Shown in pieces: positions 1 to 7,102 of a DNA stretch of 43,885 nt (position 1 is its first letter; each line of letters starts with the position of its first letter). Below the pieces are notes generated by a model. It had not been told where the DNA came from, made no database searches, and saw only the letters and a list, made by a program, of their open reading frames with translations. This stretch comes from a virus (Duplodnaviria; Caudoviricetes). The position numbers and the translations under genes were made by a program. The DNA is taken from IMG/VR virus record IMGVR_UViG_3300020138_000049, positions 1 through 43,885 of that record. The stretch is one strand, 5' to 3'.

Positions 1-310
1 CCATCGGCACCGATCTTGAGGAAATGGGACACGGGTGTTCTCCGTTGGGAAGGGAAGGCCGAAAGGCCGATTACTGACCGGACGCCGCCGGCAACACCGA
101 ACGCACCGCCCGCACGCGGGCTTGGAGGTTCTGGTTGCAGGGGTAGCTGTCGCCGTCGTTGAAATTGACGAGCCACGCGCAGGCCGAAGGGGACTCCGCG
201 TCGACGGTGCTGGACCAATAGCGGCTGGGATCGCACTGGAAAAGGTCGGTGTTGATCGCGGGGTTGAAGCGGGTGTCGTCAACCAACGTCAGCAGCTCTT
301 TGCGAGTGGG
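1..310. repeat. Terminal overlap (circular permutation) with 43577-43885
   Basis: 1-76 and 200-310 are identical to 43577-43652 and 43775-43885; all differences fall inside the DGR variable repeat. Confidence 0.95.
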
Positions 311-562
311 CAGGCGCCAGTCTGTATAGCCGCCCAGGTCGACGGCCTCGGCGACTTTCTTGGCCTCGGCCCACGTCTTGTCGGAGGCGACGGTGGCCGC
401 GGTCCACATGAGGCCGGTGGCGCGGTCGACCACCGTGCCGGCGAGCGCGCCAGCGCCGTCCGTGAGCTGGTCAATCTTTGAGGCGAACGCTTCGGATTGC
501 AGCAGCACGCCAGGCGAGGGCACGTGCAGGTTAAGGGTGCCGATGTGGATGGTGGTGGTCAT
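71..562 (-). CDS. DGR target protein 1, stand-alone DUF1566/Lcl C-terminal (CLec-fold) protein, 163 aa
   Basis: ATG at 562 with AAGGAG RBS and ATGA overlap with the upstream gene; motifs VVDRATGLMW, GYTDWRLPTRKEL, YWSST, RVRAVR; C-terminal VR matches the TR. Confidence 0.92.
   Translation of the reverse strand: MTTTIHIGTLNLHVPSPGVLLQSEAFASKIDQLTDGAGALAGTVVDRATGLMWTAATVASDKTWAEAKKVAEAVDLGGYTDWRLPTRKELLTLVDDTRFNPAINTDLFQCDPSRYWSSTVDAESPSACAWLVNFNDGDSYPCNQNLQARVRAVRSVLPAASGQ
77..199 (-). repeat. DGR variable repeat VR1 (allele a)
   Basis: 123 bp; differs from TR (42535-42657) at 11 TR adenines plus one T->C. Confidence 0.95.
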
Positions 563-801
563 GCGGAATGCTCCTTTCGGTCGGCCTTGCGGAGAAGGCG
601 GCGGCGGTGGGTTTCGGCGCGGTTGATGGCCGCGGTGATGCTGTCGCGGGCGTTTTCGAGATTGCTGATCACGCCGGGGTTGGCATTGGCTTCGCGAGCG
701 CGAGACAGGGCGGCGTCGAGGTGGACCACACTGAGTGCCGCGCTGCCGGCAGCGGCAACCAGCTGTTCGGCGCGGTGGTGAATCTGGCGTACATCGGTCA
801 T
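559..801 (-). CDS. Hypothetical phage protein, 80 aa, helical
   Basis: ATGA overlaps with both neighbours in the leftward operon. Confidence 0.7.
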   Translation of the reverse strand: MTDVRQIHHRAEQLVAAAGSAALSVVHLDAALSRAREANANPGVISNLENARDSITAAINRAETHRRRLLRKADRKEHSA

Positions 802-1124
802 GCTGCGGCCTCGGTGGCTTGTTGGACGTGCCGCATGGCCATGGCTGCGCGCGCTGCCACCAAGTCGTCAGCGATATCGCTGGCGGTGCAAGGGAATGCA
901 GCTTTGCGTGGTTTGCGGTAGGTGTTGATGCGCTGTTCCGGCGCGTGGCGCAGCATGGCGTTGGCGCGCGGGTGGCGAGTGAGTGCGAGGTACACGCAGC
1001 CGTCGTCATCGACCCAGCAGGCATATTGCAGGCCATTGCTGGCCAGGCGTACGCGGTACGCGATGGCGACGGCGAGAATGGACAGGTTGCCGGCGATGTG
1101 GCCGATGGGGCGGAGGGGCGACAT
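798..1124 (-). CDS. Hypothetical phage protein, 108 aa (probable paralog of 6776-7102)
   Basis: Tight operon packing; by-eye similarity to 6776-7102. Confidence 0.7.
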   Translation of the reverse strand: MSPLRPIGHIAGNLSILAVAIAYRVRLASNGLQYACWVDDDGCVYLALTRHPRANAMLRHAPEQRINTYRKPRKAAFPCTASDIADDLVAARAAMAMRHVQQATEAAA

Positions 1125-1126
1125 GG

Positions 1127-1375
1127 TTACGCCCTGACGTGGGCCGGCAGGTCGGCGAAAGCGACGACACGGCGTAAGTCAGGAAAAACCTGGTCGATTT
1201 CTTGCTTCGTCAGGCAGGTGAGGTAGAGCGTTCCCGACTTGATGAACTTTTTGCCGGGCAGTAGCGCATCATCCTCACCAACGATTTTCGTGAGGTGGAA
1301 GTGCGCAGCAATGCGCTTGGCGTGCCGGCTTTTCCCGCAACCTTGAGGCCCGTAGACGACGATGCTCTTTTCCAT
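1127..1375 (-). CDS. Small P-loop protein, 82 aa
   Basis: N-terminal IVVYGPQGCGKS Walker A motif; AGGA RBS. Confidence 0.7.
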   Translation of the reverse strand: MEKSIVVYGPQGCGKSRHAKRIAAHFHLTKIVGEDDALLPGKKFIKSGTLYLTCLTKQEIDQVFPDLRRVVAFADLPAHVRA

Positions 1376-1515
1376 GGCGTTTTCCTGGTGAATGGGTGTC
1401 GCAAATTCGGTGCCGGTTACGACATCCGGCGTTGATGCGTGATCCTTAGCTTCCCGTGGACAGCGCCCGGGTTGGCTTCGGCGCAGAGCAACCGGCTCGC
1501 TGCATCAGGGCTCGG

Positions 1516-2355
1516 TTACGGCGTGAACGTGCCCAGGGTGAGCGGGCAGGCGGTGCCGAGCTTGGCGGCGAGGCGGTCGCGGAAATCCTTGGCGATGTCC
1601 TCGGTGACCTGCTCGGCCTGCTGGATGCGCAGCGTGAGGGCGACCTTGTCGCCGCCGGTGATCACGCCAAGGCGCAGCCTGAGGGTGCGTTCGGCCAGGC
1701 CGTCATAGGGCACTGCGCGGAACTCGAAGCCGCTGGGCAGGGTGAGGGTGCTGCGGGCGTCGATGCTTTCCATCGCGCTGCGGGTGGCGCCCATGTCGCG
1801 CTCTACGTGGTTCACCTTGCGTGCGGTTTCCACGGTGATGTCGCGGATGGCGGCGAGCGTGTTGGCCAGGCGTGTGGCATCGGGCTGGCCATCGAACAGC
1901 GGCGTGATGTTGTCGCGCCAGTCCTCGACGAAATCGTGCAGGGTGCGCTGGTCGAGCGAGCGTGCGGTGGCTGCAAGCAGCGCGGCATAGGCTGCCGTGG
2001 GCTTGAGGTTGAGCGTGGCGGTGTGGTCGGCGTGGCCGGCGTGTTCCAGGTTGCCCAGGTTGAAAAACACCTTGGCGCACATGTTGTCGGTATCGATGAA
2101 GCCCTGCACCGAGCCGCGCTCGCGTGCGGCGTTCTCGGTCTCGGCGATGACGTAGGCGGCGAAGTCCGGCAACTGACGGGTGGCGAAGGCGCCACGGAAG
2201 CGGCTGCGGCCCGGCTGCAGGTGTTCGATCGACACAACCTGCTGGCCGGCGTGTTCGGTGCGAAGGATGAGGGCTGGGGTGTCGGCGTCGATTCGGTTGG
2301 CCTGCGCCGCCTCGATGGCGAGCTGGCCGATGGCATTGACGGTGGAACTGTCCAT
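1516..2355 (-). CDS. yfdQ: YfdQ/DUF2303 family phage protein, 279 aa
   Basis: SIEHLQPGRSRFRGAFAT, FFNLG..GHADHTATL and FVEDW motifs; adjacent to a yfdP-like gene; GGAGA RBS. Confidence 0.85.
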   Translation of the reverse strand: MDSSTVNAIGQLAIEAAQANRIDADTPALILRTEHAGQQVVSIEHLQPGRSRFRGAFATRQLPDFAAYVIAETENAARERGSVQGFIDTDNMCAKVFFNLGNLEHAGHADHTATLNLKPTAAYAALLAATARSLDQRTLHDFVEDWRDNITPLFDGQPDATRLANTLAAIRDITVETARKVNHVERDMGATRSAMESIDARSTLTLPSGFEFRAVPYDGLAERTLRLRLGVITGGDKVALTLRIQQAEQVTEDIAKDFRDRLAAKLGTACPLTLGTFTP

Positions 2356-2557
2356 GTGGTTCTCCGGTGGTGGAAGGGTTGGCAGTGGCCGGGTTGGCTA
2401 CCGGCATCCGTCAGGAAGGCGATGGGTGGTTCCAGTGGTCCGCGCTGCGAACAAGGGCTTGAGGGCTTACGGCCGTACCGCGCTCTGCCTCCGCAATCCC
2501 CGCTGGGTCGATCCCATCGGCATGCGGGTTCATCCCCGCCGCACTGCCGTGAAGGAG

Positions 2558-2902
2558 TCAGTCCGCCGCGCCGGCTTCGGCCGCACGCTTGGCGAACATG
2601 TCGGTTTGCGATTCGGGGAACAGGCTGAGCACGCCGCCGGTGCCGACGTGCAGCGGCGTGCTGGTGGTGGCCTCTTCCATCGCCTTGCCCTTGGCGGTCG
2701 GGCGCGCGTACTTGATCTGGTGTTTGCACTGCACCTGGCTGCTGTCGCCGATGCGCTCCAGATCCAGCGTGATGGTGACCTTGCCTTTCTTGCCGGTGGC
2801 GACCACGCCCATGGCGGTGTCGCCCAGGGCGGCGCTAAGGCGTTCGGCGAAAATGCCGGCGTCGAGGTCGTTGAAAAGGGTGGTGATGTCCGTCTTTGCC
2901 AT
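2558..2902 (-). CDS. yfdP: YfdP-like phage protein, 114 aa
   Basis: DLDAGIF, KKGKVTITL, PT.KGK..EE....TPLHVG..G.LSLF motifs; synteny with yfdQ. Confidence 0.8.
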   Translation of the reverse strand: MAKTDITTLFNDLDAGIFAERLSAALGDTAMGVVATGKKGKVTITLDLERIGDSSQVQCKHQIKYARPTAKGKAMEEATTSTPLHVGTGGVLSLFPESQTDMFAKRAAEAGAAD

Positions 2903-2943
2903 GGGGTTGCTCCGATATGCGCTGTGCGCGATGAGGGGATTGA

Positions 2944-3306
2944 TCAGCGCCCGGCGTGGCCGGGGGAGGCGGCCCGCACGTGGGGGAGTACGTGGGCCGG
3001 GCGCTGATCAATGCGGCTTGGCGACGAAGCCGCGGCGGGTGGGGTGGTGTCGATGGCGCTGGCGATGAGCACGGCGGCGATGGCCAGGGACGCCACCAGC
3101 ACCACGGCGCCCATCAGCGCCCAAAGCCATGGCATGCCGTCATGCAGGCGCCACGATGCGGCGGCGATGCGATCCGCGCGGGTGGTGGCGGGTGATAGCA
3201 TGACGGCCACGGGCAGCGGCGCGTCGCACAATCGCACGTGCGCGTGTCGGGGGGTGATGTCCCGATAGCGGCGGATGGCGCGGCGCTGGTGCATGGTTTG
3301 CGTCAT
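2944..3306 (-). CDS. Hypothetical membrane protein, 120 aa
   Basis: ATG at 3306 in ATGA overlap; one hydrophobic segment WLWALMGAVVLVASLAIAAVLIASAI. Confidence 0.6.
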   Translation of the reverse strand: MTQTMHQRRAIRRYRDITPRHAHVRLCDAPLPVAVMLSPATTRADRIAAASWRLHDGMPWLWALMGAVVLVASLAIAAVLIASAIDTTPPAAASSPSRIDQRPAHVLPHVRAASPGHAGR

Positions 3307-3455
3307 GTCAGTGATTTCCAGATGAGCGCGCCACCGGCGATAAGCAGCGCCAGGTAGAGCGCGAAAAACAGCAGAAAGAGGCGCCAGGCGGTGGCGGGAT
3401 GCGGGCGATCGGTACGGCGGCGCAGCGGATGCGGTGTGACCGATACGCCCCACAT
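3303..3455 (-). CDS. Small membrane protein, 50 aa
   Basis: ATG at 3455 in TGATG overlap; C-terminal TM segment LFLLFFALYLALLIAGGALIW. Confidence 0.55.
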   Translation of the reverse strand: MWGVSVTPHPLRRRTDRPHPATAWRLFLLFFALYLALLIAGGALIWKSLT

Positions 3456-3631
3456 CAGCGCGCGTTCTCGCGGGGCAGTTTGTGGGCGGTTTCGCGCAGG
3501 TATCGCTGCCGGCACAGTGCGGCTCGGATGTAGTCGGCCAGATCAGGGTCGAGCGGCAGCAGGGTGTCGTGGTCGCGCAGCGTGGGCAGCGGGTGCTCGC
3601 GGGCGTCGAAGTCGCGCAGGTCGATGGTCAT
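3455..3631 (-). CDS. Hypothetical protein, 58 aa (MTIDLRDFDAREHPLPTLRD...; below the ORF-track cutoff)
   Basis: Translated by hand; start and stop overlap both neighbours; GC3-rich codons. Confidence 0.65.
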   Translation of the reverse strand: MTIDLRDFDAREHPLPTLRDHDTLLPLDPDLADYIRAALCRQRYLRETAHKLPRENAR

Positions 3632-3909
3632 GCGGCACCACCGGCCACGCGAGCCAGTGCGGCATGCCGCCGATCGACGGCGGCCACTACGCGCGCCCAG
3701 GCATCGTTGCGCGGCTTGCCGGTCTTGGCTGCCGAGTAGGCCATATGCGCGGCGTCGAATTCGATGTTTGCTTCGATCAGCTCGGCCACGGCTGCGCGGG
3801 CCTGCTTGACCGCCTCCGCGCGATCATCATCGCCGCGGCTCTCGCTGCTGCGGTAAAGCCAGTCTTGCACCTCGTCCAGCACCGCGAGCACATCCACCGG
3901 CGCGCTCAC
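3628..3909 (-). CDS. Hypothetical phage protein, 93 aa
   Basis: Overlapping start/stop with neighbours; ends in GGAA, typical of a coupled RBS. Confidence 0.7.
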   Translation of the reverse strand: MSAPVDVLAVLDEVQDWLYRSSESRGDDDRAEAVKQARAAVAELIEANIEFDAAHMAYSAAKTGKPRNDAWARVVAAVDRRHAALARVAGGAA

Positions 3910-4127
3910 CTCGCACCACCATGGCGCGCAAGCGACGCGGCCCAGCGGAAGGCCTGCTCGCTATGGAGGGCAGCCATCTTGCGCATGCCCACGGCAATGC
4001 CGCTGGAGAGGGATGATTCGCCTTCGACGAAGTCCGCCAGGCGCAGCGCCTTCTCGCATTCGTGCGCCTGGCGCACGATTGCAGCGCGCGCCTGCGCGGC
4101 GGGAGTGGTGCGCGGCGCGGCCATCAT
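3906..4127 (-). CDS. Hypothetical protein, 73 aa
   Basis: ATG at 4127 in ATGA overlap with GGAGG RBS. Confidence 0.6.
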   Translation of the reverse strand: MMAAPRTTPAAQARAAIVRQAHECEKALRLADFVEGESSLSSGIAVGMRKMAALHSEQAFRWAASLARHGGAR

Positions 4128-4393
4128 GCGGCCCTCCGCGTGCGGCGAGGGCGCAGCGGCAGCGACAGCTGCGCGTAGTCGGTACCCCATTCGGCCTCGG
4201 CGGCGGGCAGGGTGTCGTGGCGGGTGGTGCGCGCGCCGCAACGGCATTCCAGACTGTGGCGCTGAGCGGCGGCGATGAACTGCACGGGCTCGCGGCTGCT
4301 GCGGCCGGACGTGCGGATGTGCTTGGGCTCGCTGCCGCAACCGCGGCAGCGGGTGAAGCGACCTGCTGGGTGGGAAACAACACGCTCGATCAT
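4124..4393 (-). CDS. Zn-binding protein, Lar (restriction alleviation)-like, 89 aa
   Basis: CRGCGS...ECRCGAR...AEAEW pattern; first gene after PL; GGAGG RBS. Confidence 0.55.
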   Translation of the reverse strand: MIERVVSHPAGRFTRCRGCGSEPKHIRTSGRSSREPVQFIAAAQRHSLECRCGARTTRHDTLPAAEAEWGTDYAQLSLPLRPRRTRRAA

Positions 4394-4429
4394 GGTGCCC
4401 TCCGATGCCGCTGGTGGCGGCGTGGAGGG

Positions 4430-4473
4430 AGTATTTAGCTACGCGCTAAAGAAGTCAATAGCTACCAGCTAAA
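4430..4473 (-). promoter_or_regulatory. PL promoter with two repressor operators (OL)
   Basis: Minus strand TTGACT-17bp-AATACT; 17-bp operators TTTAGCTacgCGCTAAA (4434-4450) and AATAGCTaccAGCTAAA (4457-4473). Confidence 0.8.
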
Positions 4474-4476
4474 TAA

Positions 4477-5127
4477 TTATTCTGCCGGCTGGCACCTAGC
4501 CATGGCAGCCATGAAATCACGTTCCTGGCGATCCGCTTCGGGTGCTGGGCTTGGATAGCCGCCCCGTGCGAAGGAGAGGACCTGCGCTTTTCGCGCTTCC
4601 ATCGCAGCCACGAGCGCGTCACGGGCTTGCTCCATGCAGCTAGAAACCGGATAAACGCGAGTCTCTTCGATAACGCCATCCATGCGGGCATAGAAGCTGC
4701 TTACGGCAAAACGCGGCGTGCTCTTAACCTCTTCGATGAGTACGGTCCATTTCTTGGCGCGGCGTAAAAGGCCCTCGGCTTCCCAGCTAAATGCTTCCTT
4801 TCGATGCCTTGATGCGGCATCTCTCTGGAGCTGCACATCGACCGCCGCGTTCATCATTGCGCGGCGCTCTTGGGCACGGACCCAGTAGATACTGAGCCCC
4901 ACGGACGCGATCAATGCGAGGGCGATGACTGCGATGGCTACCGCTGGCTTTACTTCCGGGCGTGACGGCGCCATCGGACGGCGGGATAGGTTTGGTGTGA
5001 CGGGCGCCGCATCTGCTTTCGCATAAACCACTTTGCATCGCGGGCAACACCACCTCGGCTCACCATCCGCAAGATCGCGGCCATACCCGCACTTGGTGCA
5101 ACGAACCATTCCTTGTTCCGTAGCCAT
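4477..5127 (-). CDS. Zn-ribbon plus single-TM membrane protein, 216 aa, directly downstream of the repressor
   Basis: CTKC...CPRC N-terminus; TM AVAIAVIALALIASVGLSIYWV; GGAGG RBS; A/T-richer codons. Confidence 0.75.
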   Translation of the reverse strand: MATEQGMVRCTKCGYGRDLADGEPRWCCPRCKVVYAKADAAPVTPNLSRRPMAPSRPEVKPAVAIAVIALALIASVGLSIYWVRAQERRAMMNAAVDVQLQRDAASRHRKEAFSWEAEGLLRRAKKWTVLIEEVKSTPRFAVSSFYARMDGVIEETRVYPVSSCMEQARDALVAAMEARKAQVLSFARGGYPSPAPEADRQERDFMAAMARCQPAE

Positions 5128-5151
5128 GAATCCTCCAAAAACAGCTAATCG

Positions 5152-5592
5152 TCAGGCGCGCCGGCGCGGCTGCATGTGCTGTTTCTCAACCGCAGCAGAC
5201 GTTGTCGTAATTGCCGCCTTACCGGCGTCGCCGGCAGCGCGGTAATTTTCAAGAAGCGCCCGTTCATCGCTGGGAAGCAACTGCATGAGCTTCTCAATTT
5301 CGGACGTCCTATCCAATTCCACGCTGTCGGCGACTTTGCCCCCAGACACGTTCCACTGCGGCTGGTCCATCCACCCGTGCGGCTTGTATGTCGCTTTTTC
5401 GATGCGTCGAGCGACGCTATCGCCCATCACCTTGCCGCCCTTCAGCTGGCTGAGATAGGACGATCCGAGGCCACCCAGGGCTTGGGCGGCGTCTTTGGTC
5501 CTAGTGATGCCGCGCGCGGCCAATTGCTCCAGCAGGAGCAAAAAGTTGCGGTGGCGGATTTCATTGACATCCATGTTTGCAATGTTAGTCAC
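5152..5592 (-). CDS. cI: CI-like HTH repressor lacking an S24 peptidase domain (start 5592 or 5574)
   Basis: AAQALGGLGSSYLSQL HTH and ARRIEKA..KPHGWMD; divergent from the cro-like gene. Confidence 0.8.
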   Translation of the reverse strand: MTNIANMDVNEIRHRNFLLLLEQLAARGITRTKDAAQALGGLGSSYLSQLKGGKVMGDSVARRIEKATYKPHGWMDQPQWNVSGGKVADSVELDRTSEIEKLMQLLPSDERALLENYRAAGDAGKAAITTTSAAVEKQHMQPRRRA

Positions 5593-5651
5593 GCGCTAAA
5601 GCCAAGCGGTTAGCGGATAGTTGACAGAATCGTTTAGCTGTGAGCTAAATA
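5584..5651. promoter_or_regulatory. OR region: three 17-bp operators and a PR -35 box
   Basis: GTTAGTCacgCGCTAAA 5584-5600, GTTAGCGgatAGTTGAC 5609-5625, TTTAGCTgtgAGCTAAA 5633-5649; TTGACA at 5621-5626. Confidence 0.8.
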
Positions 5652-5656
5652 TCCGC

Positions 5657-5905
5657 ATGGAAACCACCAGCCCACCCGCCAGCCTTCCCATCGATCGACT
5701 CGTCGATTTGTTCGGTACACAGAGCGCGCTTGCCGCCAAGTTGGGCATCCGATGCGCTTCGATCAGCGGGTGGCGACAGCGGGGAAAAGTGCCGGTTGAA
5801 CGCTGCTTGGCGATAGAGCAGGCGACCGGCGGCAAAGTCACGCGCTACGAACTTCGCCCCGATGTCTTCGGCGAGGCGCCCAACGAGTTGCAAGCGGCGG
5901 GTTGA
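5657..5905 (+). CDS. cro: Cro/YdaS-family transcriptional regulator, 82 aa
   Basis: GTQSALAAKLGI..ASISGW, VPVERCLAIEQATGGKVTRYELRPDVF signature. Confidence 0.9.
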   Translation: METTSPPASLPIDRLVDLFGTQSALAAKLGIRCASISGWRQRGKVPVERCLAIEQATGGKVTRYELRPDVFGEAPNELQAAG

Positions 5906-5918
5906 TCGCGGTTTTCCG

Positions 5919-5946
5919 GCGAGGCTTTTCATGCCTCGCATTTTTT
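5919..5946 (+). terminator. tR1-like intrinsic terminator
   Basis: GCGAGGC-ttttcat-GCCTCGC followed by ATTTTTT, just after cro. Confidence 0.7.
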
Positions 5947-6008
5947 CAGATGTAGTGGGGAATTCTTGGGAACACGTCGTCCCCTGAATTCCCAAGGTGG
6001 GGAATCCG

Positions 6009-6386
6009 ATGCAGCAATTGAATCTGACGTTTGAACCGGGTCTGGCGCAGCGATCGCGTTGCCTGCGCGATCACATGGCAACAAAGGTCTATAGCCGCGG
6101 GCTAGTGGAGACCGCCGGCAGGATGGATTTGTCGCCGTCGAAGCTCACCGAAAAGCTGGCCGGCGTGGACAGCGGCGGCAAAACGCGCGGCATGACGGTC
6201 GATGAGTTGGAAACGTACATCGACAAAACGGGCGATGTGTCGCCGGTGTATTACCTGGTCGACAAGTATCTGCGCGACCCCGCGGTGACGCAGCAGGAGG
6301 CGCTGGCCAAGTTGGCCGCGCTGGCCGATGTGCTGCCGGCGCTGATGGCGGCGGCTGGCCTGCCTGCGGCAAAGCGGGGGCGCTGA
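6009..6386 (+). CDS. CII-like phage regulatory protein, 125 aa
   Basis: Position after cro; HTH-like TAGRMDLSPSKLTEKL. Confidence 0.6.
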   Translation: MQQLNLTFEPGLAQRSRCLRDHMATKVYSRGLVETAGRMDLSPSKLTEKLAGVDSGGKTRGMTVDELETYIDKTGDVSPVYYLVDKYLRDPAVTQQEALAKLAALADVLPALMAAAGLPAAKRGR

Positions 6387-6387
6387 C

Positions 6388-6606
6388 ATGGACATGATCG
6401 ACCTGGCCCAGCAGCGACAGCAGGATGAGGTGGACCACGCGTTGCAGGCGCGCGCGCCGGCGCCGCCCGGACGCACGCACTGCGCGAACATGGACTGTGG
6501 GGAGCCGATTCTCCCCGTGCGACAGCAGATGGGCGCGCAGTTGTGCATCGATTGCCAACGCGCCAGCGAACGGGCGACGCAGCCATGCGCACGCACGGCG
6601 GTCTGA
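6388..6606 (+). CDS. TraR/DksA C4-type zinc finger protein, 72 aa
   Basis: DMIDLA (DxxDxA) plus C..DCGEPI..R...LCIDCQ. Confidence 0.9.
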   Translation: MDMIDLAQQRQQDEVDHALQARAPAPPGRTHCANMDCGEPILPVRQQMGAQLCIDCQRASERATQPCARTAV

Positions 6607-6779
6607 GCCGATGCCCCATATCGACACAACAGCGCGCCGCGATGCGCGCCGCCCAGCAACACGTCGAACGCGTGCTGGAACAGGGTTGCACGCCCGAGCA
6701 ACAAGCGCAGGCGCGCGCGGAAATTGCCGCGTTGGCGCAACCACGCCAGCGGCCTCTGCCGCTGAAGGTGCAGGCGTGA
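6585..6779 (+). CDS. Hypothetical protein, 64 aa
   Basis: Stop overlaps the GTG of the next gene. Confidence 0.5.
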   Translation: MRTHGGLSRCPISTQQRAAMRAAQQHVERVLEQGCTPEQQAQARAEIAALAQPRQRPLPLKVQA

Positions 6780-7102
6780 GGGCGTGGGTGTCGCCGGTAC
6801 CGGCGGGCATGGCCCCTGGCATCCGCGTGTATCGACCGGGTAGGGACGTGCGCGCCATCGCCGATGCGATATGCGACCGGGCGTGGAAGGGCCTGGGCGT
6901 GCGCGTGTACGCCTGGCCCTGCGGCACGATCGCTCTGGTAACCGTGGATTCGTGCGGTGACCTGGCGCTGCTGGCGCGCCACCCGGACGCGCTGTTTGTG
7001 ACCTACGCGCGCCACGCGACCACGCGCGTGGGGCCGATGCGGGTGGATGTGCTGCATGACCTGGGCTGGGCGCGAGCGCAGCAGCAGATGGTGACGGCAT
7101 GA
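6776..7102 (+). CDS. Hypothetical protein, 108 aa (probable paralog of 798-1124)
   Basis: GTGA and ATGA overlaps with neighbours. Confidence 0.65.
   Translation: MRAWVSPVPAGMAPGIRVYRPGRDVRAIADAICDRAWKGLGVRVYAWPCGTIALVTVDSCGDLALLARHPDALFVTYARHATTRVGPMRVDVLHDLGWARAQQQMVTA

Noticed and set aside
71-1036. 321-aa version of target 1
   Set aside because: The extension overlaps two better-supported genes, and a good RBS with ATGA coupling marks the start at 562
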